Part shown: piece by piece, positions 34,179-44,874 of the stretch | Numbering within the stretch: position 1 is the stretch's first letter | Layout: every line of letters starts with the position of its first letter | Source of the DNA: Bacteroidales bacterium | GTDB taxonomy: Bacteria; Bacteroidota; Bacteroidia; Bacteroidales; FEN-979 | NCBI GenBank assembly: GCA_028706295.1 | Contig: JAQWBQ010000003.1 | Span: 34,441 to 98,440, forward strand | Direction of reading: 5' to 3' | DNA length: 64,000 nucleotides | Program-made: the position numbers and the translations under genes | The notes under the pieces: generated by a model | Told to the model about the DNA's origin: nothing | Databases searched by the model: none | What the model saw: only the letters and a program-made list of their open reading frames with translations

Positions 34179-35684
34179 ATGGATGCCCGACTCCGTCTGT
34201 ACAATACCCTTTCACGAAAAAAAGAACTTTTTGAGCCATTGAATCCCCCGTTTGCGGGGCTCTATGTTTGCGGTCCCACCGTTTACGGAGATCCCCATCT
34301 GGGTCACGCCCGGCCGGCAATAACCTTCGATCTGGTTTTCCGTTACTTGTTGCATCTGGGCTATAAGGTGCGCTATGTAAGGAATATTACCGATGTAGGA
34401 CATCTCGAAGCCGACCTTGATGAAGGAGAGGATAAAATTGCTAAAAAAGCAAGAATCGACCAGGTCGAGCCAATGGAAATCGCCCAATATTATGCCGATC
34501 GCTATTTTACTTTCATGGGGGCATTAAATGTAAAACGCCCTTCCATTGAACCCCGCGCATCGGGACATATTATTGAACAAATCCGGATGATTCAACAAAT
34601 CCTGGATAAAGGATTTGCCTATATCGAAAATGGTTCGGTTTATTTCGATGTGAAGAAGTACAGTGAATTTTATGATTATGGCAAGTTATCAGGCAGGATC
34701 CTTGAGGACCTGATGACCAATACCCGGACACTCGAAGGACAGGAGGAAAAGCATAATCAGGCCGACTTTGCACTTTGGAAAAGGGCACAACCCGAACATA
34801 TCATGCGCTGGCCTTCACCCTGGAGCGATGGTTTCCCGGGTTGGCATCTCGAATGTTCGGTCATGGGAGTTAAATATCTGGGCGAAACATTCGATATCCA
34901 TGGTGGCGGGATGGACCTGCTTTTCCCCCACCACGAATCCGAAATCGCACAATGTCAGGCTGCCCTGGGCCATGAATCGGTGAAATACTGGCTTCACAAC
35001 AACATGATTACCATCAATGGACAAAAAATGGGGAAGTCGTTGGGGAATTTCATTACCCTTGAAGAATTTTTCACGGGAAGTCACAAGGAATTATCACAGG
35101 CCTACAGCCCCATGACCATCCGCTTTTTTATCCTCCAGGCCCATTACAGGAGTACGCTTGATTTCTCAAACGAGGCCTTACAGGCTGCTGAAAAAGGCTT
35201 AAAAAAGCTGATGACAGGCTATGAAACCCTGACCCGGCTGATTGAAGCCAATCCCGGCTGCGAACAGCCCGGCCGACCTGCGGATCCTGAAAACGGATCC
35301 ATAGCGTCAAAACTGAACGAATCCTGCTATGCCGCCATGAACGACGATTTCAACAGCCCGATCGTCATCGCCAATCTTTTTGAAGCGGTTCGTTTTATCA
35401 ATGCCGTTAACGATAACAATGATACCGGCTCCTTACAGGAACTGCCGACACTGAAAAATGTCTTTGATGTATTTCTTTTCGAAATTCTTGGAATTACAAA
35501 GGAAACGGAAGACGGGCAGCAGTTAATCGTCAACGGATTAATGGATCTGATCCTGTCGATCAGGCAGAAATCAAGAATAAACAAAGACTGGGGAACCTCT
35601 GATCAGATTCGCGATGCCTTACAAAAACTTCGTATTGCCGTAAAAGATGGCAAAGAAGGATCGACCTGGAGCCCCGGGAATTGA
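34179..35684 (+). CDS. cysS: Cysteine--tRNA ligase
   Basis: LYNTL...[18 protein letters not shown] (HIGH-type), [24 protein letters not shown] (KMSKS). ATG 34179 is preferred over TTG 34164. Confidence 0.9.
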   Translation: MDARLRLYNTLSRKKELFEPLNPPFAGLYVCGPTVYGDPHLGHARPAITFDLVFRYLLHLGYKVRYVRNITDVGHLEADLDEGEDKIAKKARIDQVEPMEIAQYYADRYFTFMGALNVKRPSIEPRASGHIIEQIRMIQQILDKGFAYIENGSVYFDVKKYSEFYDYGKLSGRILEDLMTNTRTLEGQEEKHNQADFALWKRAQPEHIMRWPSPWSDGFPGWHLECSVMGVKYLGETFDIHGGGMDLLFPHHESEIAQCQAALGHESVKYWLHNNMITINGQKMGKSLGNFITLEEFFTGSHKELSQAYSPMTIRFFILQAHYRSTLDFSNEALQAAEKGLKKLMTGYETLTRLIEANPGCEQPGRPADPENGSIASKLNESCYAAMNDDFNSPIVIANLFEAVRFINAVNDNNDTGSLQELPTLKNVFDVFLFEILGITKETEDGQQLIVNGLMDLILSIRQKSRINKDWGTSDQIRDALQKLRIAVKDGKEGSTWSPGN

Positions 35685-35720
35685 CGGAATATCTAATTGA
35701 TCACCAATAAACCCTTTTTT

Positions 35721-37409
35721 ATGAAAAATCGTACAATCCTTTCTTTCACGGTTATCGCAGCCTTGTTCATTACAGGCTGCACTTCAAAACAGGAAGCTAT
35801 GAAAAAAGAACTGACCGACTTCATCCGAAAGCATGATTCGGTGTTAATTCCTTTGTATAAGCAGACTACCCTTGCAGCCTGGGAAGCTGCTGTCAGTGGT
35901 AAACCCGAAGATTTTAAAAAATCAGAGGAATTCAGCCTGAAAATGATGGCTCTTTATGCCGATAAAGATAAACTGAAGAAACTGGAGGAGATTAAAGTAT
36001 CAGGGATGATCACCGACTCGCTTCTGAACCGCCAGCTCGATGTGCTCTATCGCTCCTTTCTTATGGCAAAGGCAGATACCGCGAAATTGAATGCCATGGT
36101 TCGGATGGGAACCGTTATTGAACAGAAGTACGGTAATTTCAGAACAGAGGTGAGGGGGAAGAAGATGTCGGACAACGATGTGGAAGAGATTTTACGAACT
36201 TCAAAAGATGTGAAGTACCAGAAAGAAGTTTGGGAGGCTCAGAAAAAAATAGGCACCGTTGTAGCCGATGATATTAAAGCGCTGGTAAAATTACGCAATG
36301 AGGTAGCGAAAGACCTGGGATTTAAAAACTATCATGAAATGAGTCTGACCCTGAGCGATCAGAATCCCAGAGAGGTCAGTGATTTGTTTGACGAGCTCGA
36401 CAGCCTGACCAAAAAGTCGTTTTCTCAGGTTAAAAATGATATTGATGATTACTTCGTGAAATATTACAATCTGCAAGGTAAAGACGAACTAATGCCCTGG
36501 AACTATCAAAACCGGTTTTTCCAGGAAGCTCCGAAAATTTATGATGTGGATCTTGACAAATACTATAAAGACAAAAACCTGGAATCGCTTACCGCATCAT
36601 TCTATGCCGGCATTGGATTGCCAATCGATGATATCATGAAAAACAGTGATCTGTATGAAAAACCCGGTAAAAACCAGCATGCTTTCTGTACCGACATTGA
36701 TAATGCCGGTGATGTGAGGGTTTTATGCAATATTAAACCGAATGCCATGTGGATGAACACCATGCTCCATGAATTCGGTCATGCAGCCTACGATAAGAAC
36801 ATCGATACCACTCTGCCCTTTATACTCCGTGATCCCGCTCACACATTTACTACTGAGGCAATTGCACAGATTTTCGGCCGGTTTTCATCCAACCCGCAAT
36901 GGTTAAAGGATGTAGTAGGAATCAACGAAGCGGAAAAGATGAAAATTGCAGAGACCTGCTTTAAGACCCTGCGGCTGGAACAACTGGTCTTCAGCCGTTG
37001 GGCCCAGGTAATGTATCGCTTTGAAAAAGAGATGTACAAAAACCCGGATCAGGATTTGAACAAGCTTTGGTGGGATTTGGTTGAAAAATACCAGATGATG
37101 AAACGTCCCGAGGGTCGTAATGAACCCGATTGGGCGACCAAAATCCATATTGCAACCTACCCGTGTTATTATCACAACTACCTGTTGGGCGAATTGCTCG
37201 CTTCACAACTTTATTTTTATATTGTTGAAAACATCATCAAATCAGATGATTACAAATTCCAAAGTTTTGCAGGAAAGCCTGAGATCGGAGCCTATCTGAA
37301 GGATAAGTTATTTATGCCCGGCAGCAAATGGTACTGGAATGAAATGATTGAAAAGGCTACCGGTGAAAAGCTTACGGCGAAATATTACGCGAAACAGTTT
37401 GTGAACTGA
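35721..37409 (+). CDS. M2-like (angiotensin-converting-enzyme-like) zinc metallopeptidase lipoprotein
   Basis: Lipobox LFITGCTS. FCTDIDNAGDVRVLCNIKPNAMWMNTMLHEFGHAAY parallels ACE/ACE2 ...GDFRILMCTK......HHEMGH. The downstream TEAIAQ matches the third zinc-ligand region (HEAIGD). Confidence 0.6.
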   Translation: MKNRTILSFTVIAALFITGCTSKQEAMKKELTDFIRKHDSVLIPLYKQTTLAAWEAAVSGKPEDFKKSEEFSLKMMALYADKDKLKKLEEIKVSGMITDSLLNRQLDVLYRSFLMAKADTAKLNAMVRMGTVIEQKYGNFRTEVRGKKMSDNDVEEILRTSKDVKYQKEVWEAQKKIGTVVADDIKALVKLRNEVAKDLGFKNYHEMSLTLSDQNPREVSDLFDELDSLTKKSFSQVKNDIDDYFVKYYNLQGKDELMPWNYQNRFFQEAPKIYDVDLDKYYKDKNLESLTASFYAGIGLPIDDIMKNSDLYEKPGKNQHAFCTDIDNAGDVRVLCNIKPNAMWMNTMLHEFGHAAYDKNIDTTLPFILRDPAHTFTTEAIAQIFGRFSSNPQWLKDVVGINEAEKMKIAETCFKTLRLEQLVFSRWAQVMYRFEKEMYKNPDQDLNKLWWDLVEKYQMMKRPEGRNEPDWATKIHIATYPCYYHNYLLGELLASQLYFYIVENIIKSDDYKFQSFAGKPEIGAYLKDKLFMPGSKWYWNEMIEKATGEKLTAKYYAKQFVN

Positions 37410-37428
37410 TAGATCTCATTTAATAATA

Positions 37429-37962
37429 TCAAAGCTGTTTTATTTTCTCTTCAACCTCTTTGAAGGTTGTAACAGCAAACTGATATGCCTGATCGAGTTC
37501 TTCCCGATCCGGATGGCCAATTGTTGCCGCTCTCATGTCAGCAAACTGCTTCAGCATGGGATTCCCGGTTGCCAGCAGTTCAGATGCAGCTGATTCGGAT
37601 AGTTCTCCCTGGCAATGAAAAAGCCCGACAGGTTTCACCTTCGTGAAAACCCGGGTGCATCTCTGTATTTCCTTGTCAAGGATTACCTGTAGCTCCGGAT
37701 CACCTGCTGTTGCGGATAGGGCATGGGTGATAAACAAAACAAAATGGCCCCATCCGGTATTTCGTAAAATAAATTCTTTTACCGGAGCCGGCAAACCGAA
37801 TTGCATAACCGGAAATCCGAGGAAGATCATCTGATAATTTTCAATGGATACAACCTGGTCAAGAGATAACAGTTCCTTCTCACCCGAAAGCGCTCCAAAT
37901 ATGTTCTCGGCAACACGTCGCGTATTGCCTGTCCGGGTCCAGTAAGTAACCAGAATACGCAT
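37429..37962 (-). CDS. Flavodoxin-like fold protein
   Basis: MRILVTYWTRTGNTRRVAE is the classic flavodoxin FMN-phosphate loop. 177 aa. Confidence 0.7.
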   Translation of the reverse strand: MRILVTYWTRTGNTRRVAENIFGALSGEKELLSLDQVVSIENYQMIFLGFPVMQFGLPAPVKEFILRNTGWGHFVLFITHALSATAGDPELQVILDKEIQRCTRVFTKVKPVGLFHCQGELSESAASELLATGNPMLKQFADMRAATIGHPDREELDQAYQFAVTTFKEVEEKIKQL

Positions 37963-37975
37963 TGAGAAGAAAGAA

Positions 37976-38266
37976 TTAACTTCTATGTCTGAGTCTTGTA
38001 ACCCGGTCGATCAGACCCTGCCTGTGTTGTTCATCGGTGGAATTCGGATCCTTCATTTCACGGAACATGGCACAGGGGACCTCTGCGCAGTCGCCGCAAT
38101 CCCTGTAATTCCTTTTATTGACAGCACAGTGGTACAATGGACATACTTTATCGGGCACATGTTCAACAGCCCAGAAGGTCTGACCTTTGACACTTTTACA
38201 ACCGGCGCAACGGTCGCCAAAGAATTCACACTCGGAACAAATAAGTCCACATACGGATAAGATCAT
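37976..38266 (-). CDS. Cysteine-rich DUF3795-like protein
   Basis: CGLICSECEFFGDRCAGC...CPLYHC...CGDCAEVPC: the multiple CxxC clusters are typical of DUF3795. The gene lies 13 nt upstream of the flavodoxin gene on the same strand. Confidence 0.6.
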   Translation of the reverse strand: MILSVCGLICSECEFFGDRCAGCKSVKGQTFWAVEHVPDKVCPLYHCAVNKRNYRDCGDCAEVPCAMFREMKDPNSTDEQHRQGLIDRVTRLRHRS

Positions 38267-38543
38267 AGCAATGGTTTTAAATGGTAAAGCTAACTAAATT
38301 CAACCATATCCCAATACCCGAACCCCATATCCTATTCGTCATTTTGATCCGGATTCCATCAAAGTGAATAGATGAAACAGGTTCGGAATGATCACTCCAT
38401 AATTTTAAACCGCATTATTTTTGGAGGGAAAAATTTTCAGATAATCTTATTCCTGGGGAAAATTATTTTAACTTTAAACCCATAATAGCAGTTTCAAATC
38501 GAAGAAAGATCAAGTTTTTTTGTTAAACGTTAAAGTCAGAGTC

Positions 38544-39722
38544 ATGAAAAAAACTGTTTATCTCTTATTCATTTGCGCATTATTTTCGGTTTATGTAACG
38601 GGTCAGAAACCAAAACCCCCTAAAAAACCTTTTCCCCCGGCCCCCGAAAAAACGGTTACACCGGCAGAAACCTCAAAGAATTCATCCCGGGGCGGCAATT
38701 ATGTCGCGCTGGTGCGAAGCGGGAAAGATTGGGGATACATTGATCAGGAGGGTCATTACGCCTTTGACCGGCAATTTGAAAATGCTCGGCCTTTTGCAAA
38801 CGGACTGGCCCGGGTGCGGATGACCGGCGATTGGGGATATATTGACAGCGAGGGAAATTATATCATCAATCCGCAGTTTGAAAATGCAGAAGATTTCAGC
38901 GAAGGACTGGCACGGATTGCGAAGTTTAAGAAATGGGGCTATATCAATAAAACAGGCGTAATAGTGATCAATCCACAGTTTCATGATGCAGAGGATTTTC
39001 AGGAAGGTGTTGCGCGGGTGAGAATGGGAACCCAGTGGGGAATTATTGAAAAAAACGGAACTTATGTGGTAAATCCGCAGTTTAATGCTCTTGGACCTTT
39101 TTGTGACGGGCTTGCCCGTGCCCGGATTGGTAAAGATTGGGGATATATCGATAAATCAGGAAGCTGGATTATAAATCCGCAATTCGATGATGCCGAAGAC
39201 TTCAGTTCAGGACTTGCCAGGGTGAAAAAGGGGACACAATGGGGGTTCATCGACAAACTGGGAAATTACATTATTAATCCGCAGTTCGAAGCGGTTGGAA
39301 ATTTTCAAGAGGGACTTGCCAGGGCCATGAAAATGCATCAATGGGGATATATTAATGAAAAAGGTTCCTGGATGATCAATCCGCAATTTGACAATGCAGG
39401 CGATTTCTCGGATGGATTTGCCCGTGTGAGAAAAGGGAAAGACTGGGGTTATATCGGGAGTTCGGGCACCTATACGGTAAATCCACAATTCAGCGATGCG
39501 GAGGACTTTAACCGGGATGTGGCCCGCGTAAGGAAAGGAACACAGTGGGGATTTATCAATAAAAAAGGGCTCTATACCATTACTCCGCAATTTGATCAGG
39601 CCAATGATTTTATCGGCGGATTAGCGCTCGTCCGTAAAGGAGTCCGTTTTGGATTTATTAATGATGAAGGAAAGTTTGTCGTTAATCTGATCTATAACGA
39701 TGCCAATGACTTTAGTAAATAA
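38544..39722 (+). CDS. WG-repeat (KWG-type) secreted protein
   Basis: Signal peptide MKKTVYLLFICALFSVYVTGQ, a proline-rich linker, then ten 34-aa repeats with consensus WGYIdxxGxxxInPQFddAedFseGLARVrkG. ATG 38544 is preferred over TTG 38520. Confidence 0.8.
   Translation: MKKTVYLLFICALFSVYVTGQKPKPPKKPFPPAPEKTVTPAETSKNSSRGGNYVALVRSGKDWGYIDQEGHYAFDRQFENARPFANGLARVRMTGDWGYIDSEGNYIINPQFENAEDFSEGLARIAKFKKWGYINKTGVIVINPQFHDAEDFQEGVARVRMGTQWGIIEKNGTYVVNPQFNALGPFCDGLARARIGKDWGYIDKSGSWIINPQFDDAEDFSSGLARVKKGTQWGFIDKLGNYIINPQFEAVGNFQEGLARAMKMHQWGYINEKGSWMINPQFDNAGDFSDGFARVRKGKDWGYIGSSGTYTVNPQFSDAEDFNRDVARVRKGTQWGFINKKGLYTITPQFDQANDFIGGLALVRKGVRFGFINDEGKFVVNLIYNDANDFSK
38730..39719 (+). repeat. Ten tandem 102-nt (34-codon) coding repeats (WG repeats)
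   Basis: The period was read directly from the translated sequence: each unit starts WG[YFI]I, and the last starts FGFI. Confidence 0.85.
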
Positions 39723-39818
39723 TCCCTGCGCTTGCTGATACACATTTAATCCAATGCACCGGATCTCCGGCCGCATGGAATTCCTATGACCTTAATCCAC
39801 GGATGATGGCAATTCAGG

Positions 39819-41102
39819 TCAGTTTGCAGTTTTGATAAGGTAATAATTCTTTTTTCCTTTCTGCACAAGAAGATATTTCCCATTTAACAGATTTTCGGGA
39901 GTGAGGGTGAATTCTTCCGTGACTTTGGTTTTGTTGATCTGAACACAACCCTCCCGGATCATACGCCGCGCCTCGCTTTTTGACTGGAAAATCCCCGCTT
40001 TTTCCGTTAATAAATCTACCAGGCAGGTCGTGGAGAATACATCGGTCGAAGAGATCGTACATTGCGGGACGCCTTCGAACACCGACAACAGGATATCTTC
40101 AGGTAATTTTTCCAGCATACTGGTTGTCCCCTTTCCAAACAATATTTCTGAGGCTTCAACCACTTGTTCCAAATCTTCCTTTGAGTGAACCCGGGCAGTA
40201 ATATCGGCAGCCAGAGCCTTTTGCAGAATCCGTAAATGGGGGGCCTCGTTGTGCTGAACTATTATCTCATCGATTTCTTCCTTTGAAAATAAGGTGAACT
40301 TTTTGATATATTCTGCCGCATCAGCATCACTGGTATTCAACCAGAATTGGTAAAATTGATAAGGTGAGGTCTTGGCGGGATCAAGCCAGATATTCCCTGC
40401 TTCCGATTTTCCGAACTTCCCGCCATCTGCCTTGGTTATTAAGGGACAGGTCAAGGCATAGGCTTCACCACCCAGTTTTCTTCTGATCAGCTCGGTTCCC
40501 GTAACAATATTGCCCCACTGATCAGAACCACCCATCTGCAATTTTACTCCTTTATGTTCGTACAACCAGCAAAAATCATAGCCCTGAACAAGCTGATACG
40601 TGAATTCCGTAAATGAAATTCCACTTCCCGATTCCATTCTCTTTTTAACCGAGTCCTTGGCAACCATGTAATTGACGGTTATATGCTTGCCTACATCCCT
40701 TAAAAACTGAAGGAAGGTGAATTCTTTGGTCCAGTCATAATTATTTACCATTTCAGCCGAATTCGCTCCGCAATCGAAATCGAGAAACTTTTCAAGTTGC
40801 TTCTTGATACATCCCTGGTTATACCGCAGAATTTCTTCATTCAGAAGATTACGCTCCTCTGATTTGCCCGAAGGATCGCCAATCATTCCGGTAGCGCCTC
40901 CGACAAGTGCAAAGGGCTTATGCCCGGAACGTTGCAGGTGCACGAGCATCATGATGGAAGCAAGGTTCCCGATATGAAGGGAATCGGACGTGGGATCATA
41001 ACCAATATAGGCCGATATGATTCCTTTCGACAGCTCCTCTTCCGTTCCGGGAGTCATGTCGTGAATCATCCCCCTCCATTTCAATTCTTCAATGAAATTC
41101 AT
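39819..41102 (-). CDS. tyrS: Tyrosine--tRNA ligase
   Basis: [17 protein letters not shown] (HIGH), [14 protein letters not shown] (KMSKS), and a C-terminal S4-like domain. 427 aa. Confidence 0.9.
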   Translation of the reverse strand: MNFIEELKWRGMIHDMTPGTEEELSKGIISAYIGYDPTSDSLHIGNLASIMMLVHLQRSGHKPFALVGGATGMIGDPSGKSEERNLLNEEILRYNQGCIKKQLEKFLDFDCGANSAEMVNNYDWTKEFTFLQFLRDVGKHITVNYMVAKDSVKKRMESGSGISFTEFTYQLVQGYDFCWLYEHKGVKLQMGGSDQWGNIVTGTELIRRKLGGEAYALTCPLITKADGGKFGKSEAGNIWLDPAKTSPYQFYQFWLNTSDADAAEYIKKFTLFSKEEIDEIIVQHNEAPHLRILQKALAADITARVHSKEDLEQVVEASEILFGKGTTSMLEKLPEDILLSVFEGVPQCTISSTDVFSTTCLVDLLTEKAGIFQSKSEARRMIREGCVQINKTKVTEEFTLTPENLLNGKYLLVQKGKKNYYLIKTAN

Positions 41103-41267
41103 TTATAACTGATTTGTATTTCAACGGTCCATAATATATCCATGAAGATTATATTCACGTGTTCCTCATGCAAAGACCGTCATGATAAATGTATGAATTA
41201 TTAATTGGCGCAAAGGTAAGAAAATCCTTACAGGGATTGATGTACGCTCTTCATAAACCCGTTCGGA

Positions 41268-41813
41268 TCATTTCTTTACCGACCTGATGAAATAAATGAT
41301 CATGGGAATAAAAACGAATCCCAAAAACACCGGAATAAACCAAAATCCTATGCCTGAAGAATTCCCGTGTGAAACCGAAACTGTAGCATAACCGATATAA
41401 AAGAACATAACCAACAGGATTAACTTCAGAATCCTTATTAATCGGGTTGCTAAAGTGTACTGACGCATGGCGTTTTGAGGTGTTATTTTTGTCGGATAGT
41501 TGAACTTATGCGGAATAAAATTGACCATAGTCAACATAAAATAGAGCAACACCGCGATTCCAGGTAACATCCAGATATTGTTTTTTCTGCCATAGTCATC
41601 AGCGAGCCCGGTTGCGTTAAAATGAGTCGGGATGATATCAGGAAGCCGTTGATAAATGTAAATCACATAGCCCAGGAAGCTAAAGAGTGTTAACAGGGCC
41701 AATACCTCTAAAAGCCAGTCAAAAGGCTCATATTCGGGTCGTGTCAGAGGACGGTCAGGTTCAATGGATCGCCCTTTCGAAAATATCGAGATACCAAATT
41801 TATCAATGATCAT
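41268..41813 (-). CDS. DUF1648/SdpI-like integral membrane protein
   Basis: 181 aa with four hydrophobic helices. The sequence ...LPDIIPTHFNATGLADDYGRKNNIWMLP... matches the DUF1648 pattern (IP.HF...G..D..G.K). Its start overlaps the upstream stop (ATGA). Confidence 0.6.
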   Translation of the reverse strand: MIIDKFGISIFSKGRSIEPDRPLTRPEYEPFDWLLEVLALLTLFSFLGYVIYIYQRLPDIIPTHFNATGLADDYGRKNNIWMLPGIAVLLYFMLTMVNFIPHKFNYPTKITPQNAMRQYTLATRLIRILKLILLVMFFYIGYATVSVSHGNSSGIGFWFIPVFLGFVFIPMIIYFIRSVKK

Positions 41814-42010
41814 ATGATTTCCTTATTTTTGACTGGTTCCGACCCTGACCAGGATGACTTACCCGGCGTTCGTCGATGCTCTTTTAGTTTGGCATCAATG
41901 ATCCATTCCAATTGTCCGTTTACGGAACGGAATTCATCAGCTGCCCATTTTTCCAGCGCCTCATAAACTGCCGGATCCAACCGGAGCATAAACACTTTTT
42001 TCTTTGACAT
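41810..42010 (-). CDS. Arc/MetJ-type ribbon-helix-helix DNA-binding protein
   Basis: 66 aa. KKVFMLRLDPAVYEALEKWAADEFRSVNGQLEWII fits a beta-strand-helix-helix layout. It is followed by a basic and Ser-rich tail. Confidence 0.6.
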   Translation of the reverse strand: MSKKKVFMLRLDPAVYEALEKWAADEFRSVNGQLEWIIDAKLKEHRRTPGKSSWSGSEPVKNKEII

Positions 42011-42014
42011 GGTT

Positions 42015-42884
42015 CTACTGGTGCAGGGTTCCTGTGTTCACAACCGGGGTGGTATCTTTATCGGAACACAGAACAACCATCAGGTTGCTTATCATTGTGG
42101 CCTTCTTGTCTTCATCAAGATCCACAACGTGTTTTTTACTCAGTTGATCTAAAGCGAGTTCGACCATGCTTACAGCACCCTCAACAATCTTGGTGCGGGC
42201 CGCAACAACAGCTGTTGCCTGCTGCCGGCGAAGCATAGCCCCTGCGATTTCGCTGGCATAGGCCAGGTAACTGATCCGGGCCTCCAGTACTTTGATCCCT
42301 GCCATCGCCAGGCGCTCCGACAATTCATTCTCCAGCGCCTGATTTACCTCTTCTCCGCCGGCCCTGAGCGTGATCTCCTTCTGCTCATCATCAAAATTGT
42401 CATAGGCATAGTGACCTGCAAGCTTCCGGGTGGCCGACTCACTCTGAATATCTACGAAATGCGCGTAATCATCCACCTCAAAGGCCGCCCTGAAGGTCTC
42501 CTCTACTTTCCAAACCAGTACAATGCCGATCATAATCGGGTTTCCCAGTTTATCATTGACCTTGATCGGATCGCGATTCAGATTCCGGGCACGCAAAGAA
42601 ATTTTCTTCCGGTGGTAAAAAGGATTTATCCAAAAAAATCCATTCTCTTTCAACGTTCCCTTATAAGCTCCGAAAAGGGTCATGACAACCGATTCGTTTG
42701 GATTTACGACTACAAGACCAAGCATCGAAAAGAGGGCAACCAGGATCAAAACCAGCGACAGAATTAACAGCGGAGCTACCTGATTGAACAGGATAATCCC
42801 CCCGATTCCCAATCCTACAGTAATGAAAAACAGGATAATACCTGAATATCCTGATGATGCGGAAGCAATTTTTTCTTTTTCCAT
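42015..42884 (-). CDS. SPFH/band-7 domain membrane protein
   Basis: Two N-terminal TM helices, then an SPFH core (VVNPNESVVMTLFGAYKGTLKENGFFWINPF...ISLRARNL...IKVNDK.GNPI.IG) and a C-terminal coiled coil (AGAMLRRQQATAVVAAR). ATG 42884 is preferred over TTG 42923. Confidence 0.75.
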   Translation of the reverse strand: MEKEKIASASSGYSGIILFFITVGLGIGGIILFNQVAPLLILSLVLILVALFSMLGLVVVNPNESVVMTLFGAYKGTLKENGFFWINPFYHRKKISLRARNLNRDPIKVNDKLGNPIMIGIVLVWKVEETFRAAFEVDDYAHFVDIQSESATRKLAGHYAYDNFDDEQKEITLRAGGEEVNQALENELSERLAMAGIKVLEARISYLAYASEIAGAMLRRQQATAVVAARTKIVEGAVSMVELALDQLSKKHVVDLDEDKKATMISNLMVVLCSDKDTTPVVNTGTLHQ

Positions 42885-42892
42885 GACAAATG

Positions 42893-42914
42893 ATATTAAA
42901 ATAATATTAAAATA
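42893..42914. repeat. 11-nt direct tandem repeat (ATATTAAAATA x2) immediately upstream of the SPFH start codon
   Basis: Read directly at 42893-42903 and 42904-42914, 9 nt from ATG 42884. This is a candidate operator for the operon-encoded RHH protein. Confidence 0.6.
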
Positions 42915-43132
42915 ATTCTGCAATAATACTACATTTTTTCTCCGTTGTCAAGAAAAATTTTCACAATGGGAGGTCTGTACCATACCATGATCAGAATATT
43001 CGGGCAATTGGATCAACGCCAGTCATAAGAAAAAGAAGGAAAGCCTTTGGAAGATAAATAATTGGCGAATCAGGAAAAAAATCAACGACCGAAAAGAAAA
43101 GTATCCAAAGGAAATTGCAGAAAGTCAGAAGG

Positions 43133-44818
43133 TTACAATTTTACTGCGCGGAGCACGCCCTGGTCTGTTGAGGTACTTATCCGGATGAAGTAAATGCCTG
43201 CCGGAAGAGGTTCAAATCCATTAATCACAAAGGGCTCCCCGGGATGAAAAACACCCTCCTGAATCTGAATGATCTGACCGGTTAAATTGATAATTTCAAT
43301 TTTACAGACCCCGGTCGTTGATACCTTATTCAGAATAATTGGATTTACACGAAAAGGATTTGGATAAATATTAAAGGGGCCGCCAGTTTGTGTAGTGAAA
43401 TCAAGGGTCGAAAGATAGACACGTGCGTTGACCAGATCGGGGATTCCATAACCATAAAGAGAATCAGGATCAGCAGCCCTGGATGCAGTGTTCCTTACTG
43501 CATTTCTTATTTCCTGCGCTGAATGAAGTTTCATGGATTGCCACAAGCAGGTTAGTCCTCCTGCCATAACGGGCGATGAAAAAGAGGTTCCGCTCCCAGT
43601 TTGCACGGCTCCCCACCCTGAAACGACCGTGGTGTTTTCGCCCTGTGCCACAACGTCGGGCTTAATCCTTCCGTCGTAAGTCGGCCCGGTCGAACTGAAG
43701 GATGCATAGATTCCCTGACTGTTCACGGCTCCGATCGCAAATACACTGTCCCCGTCGGCTGGAGCGCCCATAAAATGCCAGGAAGATGATCCTTCATTTC
43801 CCGCGCTGTTCACTACCAGTAAGCCCCTGCCTGCTGCAAGATCGGCAGCACGGGTCACCGGCGTGGTATTGCCGTCCATATCCGCATAGGTGTGATCATA
43901 AACCGGGTTATCAAATGTGGTATAGCCCAATGAGGAGTTGATTACATCTACCCCCAGGCTATCGGCAAATTCCGCGCCTCCGGCCCAATTGTACTCCTCA
44001 ATCAACGCTTCGTAATCTCCTACTTCAGTCCGGATAAGCCAGTAAGACGCATGTGGTGCGGTTCCGACCATTTGTCCGGGTAAATTTGCTCCCATCGTTG
44101 AGAGTACACTCGTTCCATGCGTATGCATATCATCGCCAAAAACATTATTACCCGGAAGATGGAAATCACGCGTGCCAAGGATACGATTGTTTAACCATAA
44201 ACTGTCAAATGCGGCAATCTGATCCACATGAAAGAATCCGGCATCTAAAACGGCAATGATCATTCCTTCGCCCGAAAAACCAAGATTATGAAGACCATCA
44301 GCTTTGATCATGTGGGCCTGATTGTAAGCCATTCCATAATCATAACTCCCGGTCGATTTAATCCTGGCAGATGGGATCGCAGGGTACAGCGTATAAGGTG
44401 GTACACGATCCAACCGGTTGATTCCGGCTTTACCAGAATTGCCTCCCGGATTTTTAGGAACGACCTGATCGATATGATCTACAAAAGGCAACGCAGCAAT
44501 GGCAGCCAGGACCGAAGGATTGAAGGTCATTATCACCACCGCGTTGAACCATTTTAAAGGGTAGATGACCGATGCTCCCGTGGCGGCAATTTGTGCAACA
44601 TAGGAAGGAGTGACCGGAAGATCTTTTTCATCCAGGATAATGCCATACCGGGCCCGTCGATCCAGAGATCGTTGGGTAAGGAATTCACCGGGATTGGACA
44701 ACGAATAGGGATTATTGTCTTTATTTTTCAGAAAAACAACATGCTTCTGGTCAGGGGTTTGCGCAATCCCACAAACGATGTTGGCAATCAGCAGAATCAG
44801 GGTTAACAGACTTTTCAT
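43133..44818 (-). CDS. S8 (subtilisin-like) serine peptidase with T9SS C-terminal sorting domain
   Basis: Catalytic triad contexts: IAVLDAGF (Asp), HGTSVLS (His), SGTSFSSPVMAG (Ser). The C-terminus reads FNIYPNPF...GIYFIRI. Confidence 0.8.
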   Translation of the reverse strand: MKSLLTLILLIANIVCGIAQTPDQKHVVFLKNKDNNPYSLSNPGEFLTQRSLDRRARYGIILDEKDLPVTPSYVAQIAATGASVIYPLKWFNAVVIMTFNPSVLAAIAALPFVDHIDQVVPKNPGGNSGKAGINRLDRVPPYTLYPAIPSARIKSTGSYDYGMAYNQAHMIKADGLHNLGFSGEGMIIAVLDAGFFHVDQIAAFDSLWLNNRILGTRDFHLPGNNVFGDDMHTHGTSVLSTMGANLPGQMVGTAPHASYWLIRTEVGDYEALIEEYNWAGGAEFADSLGVDVINSSLGYTTFDNPVYDHTYADMDGNTTPVTRAADLAAGRGLLVVNSAGNEGSSSWHFMGAPADGDSVFAIGAVNSQGIYASFSSTGPTYDGRIKPDVVAQGENTTVVSGWGAVQTGSGTSFSSPVMAGGLTCLWQSMKLHSAQEIRNAVRNTASRAADPDSLYGYGIPDLVNARVYLSTLDFTTQTGGPFNIYPNPFRVNPIILNKVSTTGVCKIEIINLTGQIIQIQEGVFHPGEPFVINGFEPLPAGIYFIRISTSTDQGVLRAVKL

Positions 44819-44874
44819 GACAATTTATATTTTCTGATGATTTTCAATGAAACGGATTAAAATATTACTATCGG

